A DNA stretch of 64,000 nucleotides from an uncultured delta proteobacterium (GCA_963808625.1 CAWEHK010000052.1:9105-73104), one strand, 5' to 3'; positions 19,493 through 30,912 are shown, counted from the stretch's first letter. A program made the numbers and translations. The notes: generated by a model not told the origin, from the letters alone.

Positions 19493-20626
19493 TTATGGCA
19501 TGACTTTCAGCTCAACCCGGCGATTGAGGGCCCGACCTTCGGCAGTCGCGTTGGTCGCTATCGGATCGGTGAGACCATGACCGACGGTCTTCAACCGGCT
19601 TGCAGCAATGCCTTTTGCCACAAAGTAGTCATAAACGGCCTTGGCGCGCCGCTCGGACAGCCCCATATTGTATTGAGGCGTGCCGGTAGAGTCGGTGTGC
19701 CCATTGATCTCAACTTTGATGGTCGGCTTGGCTTTCAGCATCGCCACGGCTTCATCCAAAACGGGTTGAAATTCGGGCTTGATGTTGTACTTGTCGTGGT
19801 CAAAGTTGATGCCTCTCAGCTTGATCACCTCCGCCTTTGCGACCGGCGGAACTTCTTCCGTACAGAACACATCCGTCACGAATTTCTCCATGGCTCCCGG
19901 TTTTTCGAACAGATCCGACGCTTCCACCAGGATGCCCTTGCCCAACTGAGCTATCTGCTTGTTGTTGGACGCTCCCTGTTCTTCGTTTTTCGCAACCATG
20001 CCCTGCCCCCCCATGGTCATATCCTTGACACCGGGTTGGGCAAAAGAAATGACATGGATGGTCAGATTCGGATACTTTTCAACGAGCCGCTTCGCTTCCA
20101 TGACGGGGTCACCCCCAACGTTTGCCATGCCGTCGCTTAACATAATGATTGCCGTCTTTCCGCTCAGCTTGGCAAGCAGCGCCCCCTGCTCGAGCTCGAC
20201 GAAGCCCGGGGCCGTGGGAGTCATCCGACCGAAGATATCCTGCCTGTCTTTGATCGCCTTGATCCCCGCGACAAGGGCAGTCCGATTGTACGCGACCGGT
20301 TCTTGAAGCACCTGGTAAGGAGCGAAAAGTGCAAGGGCCCCCTTATAGCTCAATTCGGGGATCAAGCTGTTCATGTCCGTAAGAAGTTGCTTGGCGAGCA
20401 CCTCCTTGACAAGCCTGTCGGTGTCGTCGGCCTTTCCCTTGATGGTCTTCACTTCTTTGCCGCTGAGCTTCCAGTAGGTCATGTACATGGAACCCGACTG
20501 GTCGACGAAAAGAACGAAGTTGTCCACTTTTGGTCCACATTTGGCTTGGGCGGGAGCACTTCCCAGAAGCATCACCAATGCCAGGATAAGTCCAGAAATT
20601 TGCCACAGTTTTGCTTTGTTTCTCAT
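19493..20626 (-). CDS. OmpA-family protein with N-terminal vWA domain
   Basis: Signal peptide; LFVDQSGSM MIDAS, IMLSDG; C-terminal INFDHDK, GHTDSTG, NMGLSERRA, GRALNRRVE. Confidence 0.9.
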   Translation of the reverse strand: MRNKAKLWQISGLILALVMLLGSAPAQAKCGPKVDNFVLFVDQSGSMYMTYWKLSGKEVKTIKGKADDTDRLVKEVLAKQLLTDMNSLIPELSYKGALALFAPYQVLQEPVAYNRTALVAGIKAIKDRQDIFGRMTPTAPGFVELEQGALLAKLSGKTAIIMLSDGMANVGGDPVMEAKRLVEKYPNLTIHVISFAQPGVKDMTMGGQGMVAKNEEQGASNNKQIAQLGKGILVEASDLFEKPGAMEKFVTDVFCTEEVPPVAKAEVIKLRGINFDHDKYNIKPEFQPVLDEAVAMLKAKPTIKVEINGHTDSTGTPQYNMGLSERRAKAVYDYFVAKGIAASRLKTVGHGLTDPIATNATAEGRALNRRVELKVMP

Positions 20627-20937
20627 CTTTCTCTCCTTCATTTGATTGTAAGTTATGAAATGAAAGTACACCCCTCTCTCTGTTGCCCTCAGGTGGTCGT
20701 CGGGTCGGTGCTGACGCATCATCCTTCCCGCTTATCTTCCGCCGCTTTGCCTGCCGTCCTGGGAGACTTCCAAGGGCCTCAACCGGCACCTTCAACTGGC
20801 GGATTTGCACAAACCAGAGTAATGACAGCCCGGTGGGAGGGGCAAGTCGCTCCGAAAGCTCCCTGGCCGATGCAAACCACGCTCTTCCCCTCGGACCGTC
20901 TAAGCCAGCATCACCGCTTGAGCGCGTCAAAATCCAC

Positions 20938-20991
20938 ATAGTCATCTGACCTGCAGCCGTCTATAGCACTTTAGTTCTACGAAATGGCCCC
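20938..20991 (-). promoter_or_regulatory. Duplicated ~55-bp upstream element, copy 2
   Basis: atagtcatctgacctgcagccgtctatagcactttagttctacgaaatggcccc. Confidence 0.6.
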
Positions 20992-21255
20992 CACATCCTC
21001 TCAATTGCCGGTTGCAGGCCAATTCATGCGCTTGACGGAGAAGCAGGGAGCTCTTGTAAGAGATATCCGTGGTCCGGCCGCTTGCCCGAAGCAGGCGTTC
21101 TTTATCGTTTGATTACGGTAGTTTTTTATCGCATCTCTTGTTTCCGATCAATGATAAAATACGGTAGATTGTAATGAATGGTTCAAATCCATTGCGTCAC
21201 GGTGCCTTTTTAAGGGGGGACCCACTTCAGGCAGGCTCGTTGCCACGGCATCGAT

Positions 21256-21964
21256 ATGTTTTTTCCTGGCATTATGGTTCTTTTGGAATGCCGCGGCATC
21301 CGCCGGAGGGGTGCCAAGAACCCAACATATCGTTCTGCTGTTCCCTTACGAACCCGGGCTGCCCGCTTACGATGCGATGAATGCAGTCATCACGGGAACG
21401 ATCAGGAGGAATACGGCCAACCCGGTCAATATCTATACAGAGTATCTCGACATGGTGCGGTTTCCCGATGATTTGCATCAGAAGAAGCTGTTCGACCTAA
21501 TCCGCGAGAAGTATACCAATACCGGACCGGGGTACTCCATTTTCAGCACGCAACCGGGTGAGGGAGTGATTGGGGGCCGCATGCTCAGCATCGAGCATCC
21601 GGGGGAGGAGGCCGGAGAACTCGCGGTGCGCATCCTCCGGGGAGAGGCAGCCGAGTCCATTGCCCCGATCAGGGACTCCTTTAGCAGCAACCTGTTTGAC
21701 CGGCGCCAGCTCAAACGCCATGGGATACCGGAAAGCAGGCTTCCCGAGGGGAGCCTCGTCCTGTACAAGCAGATTGCCTATGAATTGACGATTGCGGAAC
21801 AGACCGTAAAGATTCATCGCGGCCGTATCACGCAGAAGCTGGGCGCTTCCTCATCGCCGACCCGGTGCGCATGGCCCAAATGGCTGATATCTCCCCGGCC
21901 CAGGCGGGCTGATTTCTCAGTTGCAGCCTCTTCTCAGGGGCATTCCGGTTTGCCGGGAGCTTGA
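21256..21964 (+). pseudogene. Deleted/chimeric two-component remnant (periplasmic sensor fragments fused to a LuxR/FixJ HTH)
   Basis: IYTEYLDMVRF, GVIGG, LAVRILRGE, FDRRQLKRHGIPESRLPEGS then abruptly KQIAYELTIAEQTVKIHRGRITQKL. Confidence 0.65.
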
Positions 21965-22161
21965 ACTGCCTCTTACTCTCCGCATCGACAGTTCGTCTTC
22001 AGCATCCCGATCATAATGTGATAATGCACAACTGTGAAAAGTGAAGTTAGGTTAACAAATCCAGAACCCAGAGAGTGCTTGCCATCTGCTGGTGATATTC
22101 TATTGTAATCCTTAAGTTTTTGATCGCTGATTTTTGAGTGACGTAAGGCAGCTGTCTCCAC

Positions 22162-24310
22162 TTACATTGGCCAAAGCGCTCGCAGGGCCGTGCCCTTATC
22201 GCGGGCTGACTCAATGGAGAATATCCCCGCCGTTAGCTCTACTCTCTCCCTCATCCCGGCCAGTCCGAGACTTCTTCCTGAATTTTGTACAATGGTCGAG
22301 TCCAGATCAAATCCCTTCCCGTCATCTTGAACGACCAACTCGATGGAATCCCGGTTTTTCGCCAGCGAAAGAACCACCCTCTTTGCTCCACTGTGCTTGG
22401 CCACGTTGTTCAGAGCCTCCTGGATGATCCGAAAGATTGTGATCTTCAGGACATCTGGGATCTCCTCTTCCTCGATTCTTGCCGTGAGACCAAGGTGGGA
22501 GTTGGGATGCAAGCTCTGGAACTCCCGACAGAACCACTCCAAGGTTGCAAGAAGCCCTAAATTGTCGAGCATTGGTGGTCTAAGGCCCATATAAATCGAC
22601 CGTGTCTCTTCGATGGAATGCTGCAGAGTGGGGACAAAACGCTCCAGGAGCTTGAAGGCTCCAGCCAGGTCTCCTCTGCCTTTCTTGACCAATACCGTCT
22701 CTATTCCATATTTTAAGGCAGCAAGGGTCTGGCCAATGCTGTCGTGAAGCTCACCGGCAATCCTTCTCCTCTCGTCTTCCTGGGCCGCCATGAGCCGTGA
22801 GGGAATTGATCGCAGTTGACTATTAGCCCTCTCAAGATCCACTGTTCGCTCCTGAACACGGAGTTCCAGTTCGCTTCTGGACTTAAGAAGCTCCTCTTCG
22901 ACCTGCTTGCGCTCGGTGATGTCGCTGTTGCTCCCGCGGCGGCCCAGGAACAAACCCTGGGCATCGAACACTGGTTGACAGAGGTGTCCGATCCACCTCG
23001 TCGTGCCGTCCCGATGAATAATGCGAAACTCCAGTCTGCAGGGTCCGCTGCAATCTGATCCTGCTCTACATGGGCCTCAAACTGGGCCAGATCATCGGGG
23101 TGAACAATGTGGGAAAGCAGCCTGGGGTCGGTTTCAAACTCACTCGCCGCATAGCCGGTGATCCTTTGGCACGATGGCGAGGTGTAGAGAAAATCGTCCT
23201 TCGGGACTCTTCCAATACTCCCAGTCGTAGGTGTTGTCGGCGACAATCCTGTATTTGGTTTCGGATGCTCGCAGCGCCTCCTCTATTCGCTTGCTTTCCG
23301 TGATGTCTTCATAGGTGCCCAAAACCCCTTTGATCCTGCCTTCGGCGTCAAGCAGAGGAACCTTATTGGTACGCAGCCAAATCCTGTCGCCATCCGGCAG
23401 TTGTCTGGGGTTCTTCATAACCGAGTTTCGGGCTGCCGGTTTCCATCACTAAACGGTCATCTGAACGGTAGAGCTCTGCCTGTTCCGCCCAACCCATCTC
23501 AAAGTCGTTTCTCCCGATGATCTCCTCCGGTGATTGCAAACCCGCATCGAGAGCAAACGGGCGGTTGCAGCCCAAGATAGTTGAATCGAGATCTTTCCAG
23601 AAGACTCTTACGGGGATGGTATCCAGGACTGACTGTAACATTTGCTGCGATTCCTGCAGCGCTTGCTCCGCCTTCTTCCGCTCCGCTATTTCCCGGGTGA
23701 GCTGTTCATTCACCTTTGCCAGGGTAACCGTGCGCTCTTTCACCAAATCCTCAAGGCGGTTACGATATCTATCCAATTCCTCTTCCGCCCGCTTGCGTTC
23801 GGTTATGTCCCGTATTGACTCAATGGCGCCAACGATATTTCCCTTTGAGTCGCGCAGGATGCTTGCCGTCCCGAATAGGTATGCAGCACCTCCTTTGAGT
23901 GCCGGCATGTATGCCTCACCTGCAAGCACAGACTCCTTTCTTTCGATACTCTCATACCTTGCTTCGAGTTCCTCTTGAGGTTGGAGGACGAGATCAATGA
24001 GAATAGGCCTTCGCGCTCCGTGGAAAGGCAGAGCATATTCGTAATTGCCTTTGCCTAAAATGTCTTCCGACTTGATTCCTGTCATCTCCTCTATCGCCCT
24101 GTTCCAGGAAATGACTTTGCCTTCTCTATCGATAACAAAGGTTGCATCCGGCAAAAAGTTGATGATGTCTGCAAGTTGTTGCTGAGATTCCTTTAGTGCC
24201 TCCTCCGTCTGCTTAAGCTCGCTTTCTGCCTTTTCAGGTTCGGCAATGCGCTGGCGCAGGTGCATCAATTCGTTAATGAGTTGTTCTTTTGTTTTGTCTT
24301 CGTCTTTCAT
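22162..24310 (-). CDS. Multi-PAS sensor histidine kinase (HisKA_3/NarX-UhpB type), frameshifted
   Basis: Three PAS blocks ([31 protein letters not shown]); [42 protein letters not shown]. Confidence 0.88.
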
Positions 24311-24418
24311 TTCGAGCTTCCTCAAAACCCCTTCCTGCCAAATTGCCCTGTAACGCTGATGCCTTGACAATATGCTGTGGTCATCTGCCGGCGCCGGAAG
24401 AAAGTTGCCAGGGCCCGC

Positions 24419-25722
24419 TCAGCGTCCCATGGCGTAAGCGCAGTAGAGCGGCAGGAAGACCAGCTTCTGTTCGGGAAGCTCGGCATAGGGTGCGGACGAG
24501 AAAACATACCCCGGCGAGCAGTTCGGTTGACTTTCCAGGAGCAGGTGCAGACTGCGCAGGCGTCCCGCGGCGCCGCTCTTGACTTCCACGGGGTGAATTC
24601 TACCGCTCACGGTGATGAGAAAATCCACCTCGGCAGTGCTGCTTTTGGCTTCCCGTGACCAGTAATAGAGCTCTTCCTGCCCGGCCGCCACCAGCTCCTG
24701 CCCCACAAACTGTTCCGCCATCGCCCCCTGGTGGATCGCCAGCAGATCGATTCGCGCGTATTCCACATCCACCGGCATGCCTGACAGATGCTGCATGAGA
24801 CCCATGTCCACCATGATGGCTTTGAACTTCCGGGCGGAAGCGGAAGCCCCAAGGGGAACCTCGGGGGGCGAGGAAGAAGACACTTTTCGAATCACCCGAG
24901 CCAGAGAAAGAAGGTCGAAAGCCTTCTTGATTGTGGGGTTCGTGTAGCCTTCGGCGAGATGAGTATATTTCACCTGCCGCCCGACACTTCTTGCCACCGA
25001 AGACAACACCGCATTGAGACATCGCTTGTCTGCATGGGGCGCGTATTTGGAAAAATCGTGACGAAAAGCGTTGACCAGTTCCGCCTGGACTTCAAGAGCA
25101 TCCCGCATCCTTTCCGACCGGGAATAGGCAAGAACGCACTCCGGCATTCCTCCGATAAACATATAGCGGCGGACCTCCTCCAGCACCATCTGATGAACGC
25201 TCTCCGGAAGTCGGGTGGGAGGAGAAAGGATCTTTTCTGCAGACAACATCCCTTCCCGTGGCCAGCAGGAATTCAGGGAAGGACATGGGACCCATGTCGA
25301 GGAACTGCACCCGCCCGACGGGAAAGGACAGGTCCTTCAGGGCGAATTCGAGGAGCGACCCGGCGGCAATGACATGCAGCTCCGGGCATTCCTCGAGAAA
25401 ATATCGCAGGGCTATGATGGCGCGCGGGCAGGCCTGGATTTCATCCAGAAACAGGAGGTCCTTCCCGGGGACAATCCTGGCATTGATGAGGATCTCGAGC
25501 TCTGACAAAATCCTTGCCGCCGATAGGATTCGGCTCGAACACCCGATGCCAGTCCGGGTGCTGTTCGAGGTCGACCACATGCAATGAACCTTCGAAATGG
25601 TGCCTGCCGAAATCGATCACCGACCAGGTTTTCCCCACCTGCCTGGCGCCGCGAATGATGAGCGGCTTTCGCCTCTCATGGTTCTTCCACGCCAGCAGTT
25701 TTTCGGTTACGAAGCGTTTCAT
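24419..25722 (-). CDS. AAA ATPase with DUF4143 domain, frameshifted
   Basis: GARQVGKT Walker A, LFLDEIQ Walker B, GGMPE, EVDF...PVEVKSG nuclease-like tail. Confidence 0.85.
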
Positions 25723-26327
25723 AATGACTCTCGAATCTCGGGTGTGAGGTGATTAATAGGGAATTGAATCTCCGCGAGGCCGCGTCAGTTGTCACGAGTT
25801 TTCGATCCATGGTGAAGCGGGAGGAAAAACGGGAGGAGTCTATCAGTTTAAGCCCTGCTGGATGATGTCGCTTCAATTCTCCAGGGCGAGGCTGCACTGC
25901 CAACCATCAGCCAGCGTTTGCCGGCGAAGATCTCCACTTGGGCGGGTTGACGGGCTAAAAAATCAAGCTTCGGTTGCAATAATCAGTTCATCAGGCCCAG
26001 GAGCCTGGGCACAAGTTTGGTAAGCGATTTTCGCTTCAAGCCAAAGCCTTTGGGCCGCCTTTGACGGGTTACGGTTGGACCCATTCTCGGCGGCCCTCGC
26101 GGCCGCGACGCCCACGGCGCAAACCATCAGCGCAACTGCAACAAAAACAATTGCTCTCTTTGCCGACCGCTAACTTTCCTGACTCCCTCTAATCAAAGCC
26201 TCCTTGCACGCTGTGAAACCGCCAAGATCTCTGTGACTCCTTCGCAGACTTTGCATAGCACGAGAAAAGTATTTTTCAGACACCAACATCTCTATTTACG
26301 TAATCAACTCCTTACCGAAATTGACCT

Positions 26328-26852
26328 CTAATAATAGGGATACTCCCAGAAATCAGTAAATCCGCCGTCAAAGTAGGTACCGCCCCCGCTTGCCCTTCCC
26401 GTGTAACTGAAAGCCATACCTGCGGTGTTTGCCGGCAGGGATAGTGTCTTGTAGAAATTGATGGGGCCGTCATAAAGGAGGTTAATTTCTGCTTCACTGG
26501 TCAGGCCTATCATGTCCAGGACGGTTCCCTGCACGTCAACCGGGATGATGTCTAAATGGAAGTAATTGACGATCTCGTATTCGCCCCTGATCGGGCCGGT
26601 AAAATGAATGACTCCTGAAATACCAAGCTGGCTTTGATCTCTGTCATACTTATAGTCGAGGGTCAAGTCGTTGCTTTCCCACCTTCCGGACTGACCCTCA
26701 TACTGGGACAGCAAAACCCATTTGCCTTCCGGCACCGTACGACCTGCCGGTTTAACGCTCGGGCTTTGGCACGCCAATAAGATGAAACTCGTCAAAATCA
26801 GGCTCAAAAGCTTACCGCACCGAACCCAAAGCGCTTCCGCAGGTCCCCTCAT
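26328..26852 (-). CDS. Putative lipoprotein
   Basis: Hydrophobic stretch ending in a LLAC lipobox; coherent ~175-aa ORF. Confidence 0.65.
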   Translation of the reverse strand: MRGPAEALWVRCGKLLSLILTSFILLACQSPSVKPAGRTVPEGKWVLLSQYEGQSGRWESNDLTLDYKYDRDQSQLGISGVIHFTGPIRGEYEIVNYFHLDIIPVDVQGTVLDMIGLTSEAEINLLYDGPINFYKTLSLPANTAGMAFSYTGRASGGGTYFDGGFTDFWEYPYY

Positions 26853-26929
26853 CCCTCTCTCCATTCCAAAAACAGTTAACCGCAAGAGACTTCAGTCATA
26901 AAATTGTTTTGGCGTCATGTTGGGATCCG

Positions 26930-28241
26930 TCAAACCTCATTTTGCCGGCGAAGATCTTCAATGCGGCGGGAAGGTTTCAGCGCCTCGAAGGAGCCTTTCT
27001 CTTTCAAACGAATTTTTACGGGAACTCCCAGTTCCTGCGTCAGTTCCTTGCCCAGGCGCAGGCAGAGCTTTTCCATCTCTTTTACTTCGTCCGAGAAGAG
27101 GGCCTCATCCACGTTCAGCCAGACTTCCAGGAAGTCCCGGAGGTCCTCGCTGCGAATCAGAAAGCGGCAGGCATCGGGAAGGTACCCCAGCGTTCTCTCG
27201 AGGAGATAGAGAATCTGTTGATGGTGGATCTTGACGCCTCGGATGACCATCATCTCATCGGTACGGGAGGGAAGCCATGCGATGCGCGAGAGGCTGCGCC
27301 CGCACGGGCAGGTTCCGGGCAGGAGCCGGACCTGGTCTCCCGTGCGCAGGCGAACGAGGGGAAAAGCCCGGGTGGTGAGGGTTGTCAACACCAGCTCTCC
27401 CGCCGCCCCTTCCGGGACCCGTTGACCCGTTTCCGGATCGACCACCTCGGGAAAGAAGTGGTCCTCGCTGACGTGGAGTCCCTGGCGTGCTTCGCATTCG
27501 AAGGCCAGAGCCGGTCCCGGTACTTCGCTCAGGCCGTAGTGCACCCAGGTTTTCACGTGAAGCTCCTCCCTGAGGCGCTCCTGGATGGCGGCATCAGGCG
27601 GCTCTCCCACGAGGATGACTGTTTTCAGGGCCAGTTCATTGGGATTCAGATTGGCTCGAAATACCAGGTGCATCATCTGCGTTGCCGCCGCATGACTGGT
27701 AATCAGGACCGAAGTCTTGTAGTCGCGCAGCAGCATGAGCTGTTTTTCCGGGGTCAGGATCGTCTGCGGGATGACACTGCTCTCGATGGCTTCCGCCCCA
27801 TCCTTGTAGGCTCGTCCCCAATTGATGAGACCGGCGTCCAGATCGATCTGCAGAATGTCGTTTTTCGAGACCCCGGCGGCAAAGAGACGCACGGGCCACC
27901 AGTTCTCGCGAGACCCCGAGGTCCTGCTTGGTGTAGCCGCTCACGGTCGGCTTCGAGGCGCTCCCCTGGGCGGTATGGATGCGCACCACATCGCGCAGGG
28001 GGACGGCAAAGAGGCCATAGGGATAGTTCTCACTGAAATGCTCGCGCGCGGTAAACGGAATGTGCTGCAGGTCGGAGAGAGCTTCCATGCGCGCGGGTTC
28101 CATCCCATTTGCCTGAAACAGGTTCCGGTAGAAAGGGACGTTCCGATACGCGCGGTTCAGCGTGCTCTGGAGTCTTTCCAGTTGCAGTTGGGCGCGCTCT
28201 TCCCCATCCAGGCATTCTTCCCTGGCATTCCAAATGGGCAT
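26930..28241 (-). CDS. Phenylacetate-CoA ligase family protein, divergent paralog (one frameshift)
   Basis: LQLERLQ, NYPYGLFAVP, VVRIH, YGLSEVPGP, EDHFFPEVVDP, GELVLTTLT, RLRTGD, RTDEMMVIRGV. Confidence 0.88.
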
Positions 28242-28244
28242 GGC

Positions 28245-28988
28245 TCAGGCCCTCCCTTCATAGAATTCACGATAATCCTTGCCCAAATAGGCCCGCTTCA
28301 CATCCTGGTCCGCCAGCAAATCTCCGGCCGCCCCATCGAGCACAATCTGACCGTTTTCCAAAACATAGCCGCGATCGGCGATTTGCAGGGCGGCTCGAGC
28401 ATTCTGTTCGATCAGCAGAATGGTCATGCCCTGTTCTTTAAGCTGTAACAGGGTGTCCAGGATCAGGCGCACGAGGACCGGGGCCAGCCCCATCGACGGT
28501 TCATCCAGGAGCATGAGGCGCGGACGCGCCATGAGCGCACGACCGATGGCGAGCATCTGCTGTTCGCCGCCGGACAGGGTCCCGGCGGGTTGTGCGGTGC
28601 GATCGCGAAGCACCGGAAACAGGTCCATAACGGTTTCCAGGTCCGCGGCGACGGCCTGATGGTCGCGCTTTCGATAGCGCAGGTAGGCGCCCAGCCGGAG
28701 GTTGTCGAGAACGCTCATGGGCGCGAACAGCAACCGTCCTTCCGGCACCATCGAAATCCCCCGCTGAACGATAGCGGGAGGCTTAAAGCCTCGAAGAGAC
28801 GCTTTCTCAAAAAGAATCTCCCCTTCCCAGTGTGTGATGAGGCCGCAGATCGCCTGGAGCAGCGTGCTTTTCCCGGCGCCGTTCGCGCCGATGAGGGCGA
28901 TGAGCTCGCCTTCCCGAACCGAGAGGCTGACGCCGTTGATCGCGCGGATCTTGCCATAGTAGCACTTCAGGTTACGAATGCGCAGCAT
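28245..28988 (-). CDS. livF: Branched-chain-type ABC transporter ATPase (LivF-like)
   Basis: GANGAGKS, VPEGR, LSGGEQQMLAIGRALM, LLDEPSMGLAP. Confidence 0.93.
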   Translation of the reverse strand: MLRIRNLKCYYGKIRAINGVSLSVREGELIALIGANGAGKSTLLQAICGLITHWEGEILFEKASLRGFKPPAIVQRGISMVPEGRLLFAPMSVLDNLRLGAYLRYRKRDHQAVAADLETVMDLFPVLRDRTAQPAGTLSGGEQQMLAIGRALMARPRLMLLDEPSMGLAPVLVRLILDTLLQLKEQGMTILLIEQNARAALQIADRGYVLENGQIVLDGAAGDLLADQDVKRAYLGKDYREFYEGRA

Positions 28989-28989
28989 C

Positions 28990-29802
28990 TCAACTCAGCC
29001 CTCTCATATCTTCCTCACTGCCCAGGTAGGCGCAAATGACCGAGTCATTGCACTGAATCTCCCGGGGCGTGCCTTCCGCAAGTTTTTGTCCCTGGTGCAG
29101 CACCACGATTTTGTCTGAAATGCCCATCGTCAGGTCCATATCATGTTCGACGAGAAGGAGCGTGATCCCGCGTGCCCGGACTTGCCGGAGCAGCTCTCCA
29201 AGACGCTGGGTTTCCACCGCATTGAGGCCGGAAGCGGGTTCATCCAGGAGCAGCAGGCGCGGTTGCGTGGCCAGGGCCCGGGCAATCTCAAGAAATCGCT
29301 GCCAGCCGAAAGGCAGATCGGCGCTGCGGTGATCGGCCATCTTTTCCAGGCCGACAAACTGCAATAATTCCCAAGCGTAATCCCGAGCTTCCCGCTCCTC
29401 CCTCCGCACCCCGGGCCAGCGACCGATAGCTCCCCAGAACCCGCAGCGCATCCGCACATGCCGGCCAACCAGGACGTTTTCAAGGACCGTCATACTGCCG
29501 AAGAGTTCGACATTCTGAAAGGTGCGGGAGATCCCCTGCGCTACTATTTCGTGGACCTTGTTCCCTTGAATTTCTCTATTTTCATAGACGATCTGCCCAT
29601 CTTCGGGTTCGTAGGCCCCGGTGATCACATTGAAGAGCGTCGTCTTCCCCGCGCCATTTGGGCCAATCAGCGCGTGGATAGACCCGGGCGCAACCTCGAA
29701 GGTGACATTGTAAAGTGCCTGGATGCCGCCAAAGGATTTGCCGATGGCTTTAACCTCGAGGAGTGGTTGGGAAGTTTCGGTAGTCGGATCACGGTCGTTC
29801 AT
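28990..29802 (-). CDS. livG: Branched-chain-type ABC transporter ATPase (LivG-like)
   Basis: GPNGAGKTT, RTFQN, LLLDEPASGLN, VEHDM, AYLG. Confidence 0.93.
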   Translation of the reverse strand: MNDRDPTTETSQPLLEVKAIGKSFGGIQALYNVTFEVAPGSIHALIGPNGAGKTTLFNVITGAYEPEDGQIVYENREIQGNKVHEIVAQGISRTFQNVELFGSMTVLENVLVGRHVRMRCGFWGAIGRWPGVRREEREARDYAWELLQFVGLEKMADHRSADLPFGWQRFLEIARALATQPRLLLLDEPASGLNAVETQRLGELLRQVRARGITLLLVEHDMDLTMGISDKIVVLHQGQKLAEGTPREIQCNDSVICAYLGSEEDMRGLS

Positions 29803-29809
29803 GAGGCAT

Positions 29810-29862
29810 AGCTCTTGGCTCTTAGCTCTTGGCGGTTGGGGGTTGGTGGTTGGCGGTTGGCT
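29810..29862. repeat. Heptamer tandem repeat (TTGGCGG/TTGGTGG/TTAGCTC)
   Basis: agctcttggctcttagctcttggcggttgggggttggtggttggcggttggc. Confidence 0.7.
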
Positions 29863-30818
29863 CTCGGGAGGCCGCAGGTTGCCGATAGAGGGTCCCCGAT
29901 CGTTCATAAAGATCCAGCAGGCCGCGCGTTAAACCCTGGGGAAGAAAAATCATGATGGTCATGAGAATGAGTCCGTAGACGACCATTTCGTAATCCGTGA
30001 AGACATGGAGCCACTCCGGAAGCATGGTCAAGAGCGATGCGCCCAGCAGTGATCCCCAGATACTGGCCATTCCGCCAATAACGACCATGGTCACAAGCCG
30101 GACTGACACTAAAAAATCAAAAGAATTCGGACTGATAAAGCTGACGAGATGGGCGTATAAAAAACCTGCGAGAGCGGCAAACAGGGCGCTTAACACAAAG
30201 ACCCCAATCTTCAAGCGGCTGGTGTCAATGCCCATTGCCGCAGCCACGTGCTCACCGTCATGAATGGCCCGCAGGCGCCCTTCCCACGCGGGAATCAACG
30301 AGGCGCTCACACACCACGAAGCAGATCAGGACCACCGCCCAAACCAGGAAGAAATAAGCCCTTCCCGAGGTGAGAGGGAGCGGTCCGAGAGTCAGTGAAG
30401 GAATTCCCACCAGCCCGGAATCGCCACCGGTTACGGTGCTCCATTGGCGAATGAGAATGAAGGTGATCATGCCAAACCCTAAGGTGCCCATGCCGAGATA
30501 GTAACCGGAAAGCTTCAGCATCGGCACGGCCACCAGAAAAGCGACCAGCGTGGTCAGAAGAATGGCTGCCGGAAGCGCCAGCCACGGTGACCAGTTCATC
30601 GTGGCAGTGAGAACCGCAGTGGTGTAAGCCCCCAGTCCATAAAAAGCGGCATGACCAAGAGAGATTTGCCCGGCATACCCCATCAGCATATTAAGTCCCA
30701 AGGCAAGCAGGGTATTGATGCCAATAAAGGTCAGGAGCTGCAGATGATAGGAGTTGGTAATCGCCACACCGGCCAGCACAATGGCCAGCAGGAAGAGCCC
30801 ATGTCTCAGCTTGCTCAT
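29822..30818 (-). CDS. livM: ABC permease (LivM-like), one frameshift
   Basis: LGLNMLMGYAGQISLGHAAFYGLGAY, LRAIHDGE..AAAMGI, MVVIGGM, FLPQGL. Confidence 0.9.
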
Positions 30819-30855
30819 AGGACTGAATCACCTTGAAGGAGTGGTTAGTGGGAGT

Positions 30856-30910
30856 CACTAGCCACCATCTACCAGCCACTAGCCACTAATCACCAGCCAC
30901 TAGCCACTAT
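30856..30910. repeat. Heptamer tandem repeat (TAGCCAC/CAGCCAC)
   Basis: cactagccaccatctaccagccactagccactaatcaccagccactagccact. Confidence 0.7.
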
Positions 30911-30912
30911 CT

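Noticed and set aside
25960..26170. Small exported protein on the minus strand (AKRAIVFVAVALMVCAVGVAAARA...)
   Set aside because: Signal-peptide-like, but no in-frame start codon after the RBS-like sequence and an early stop
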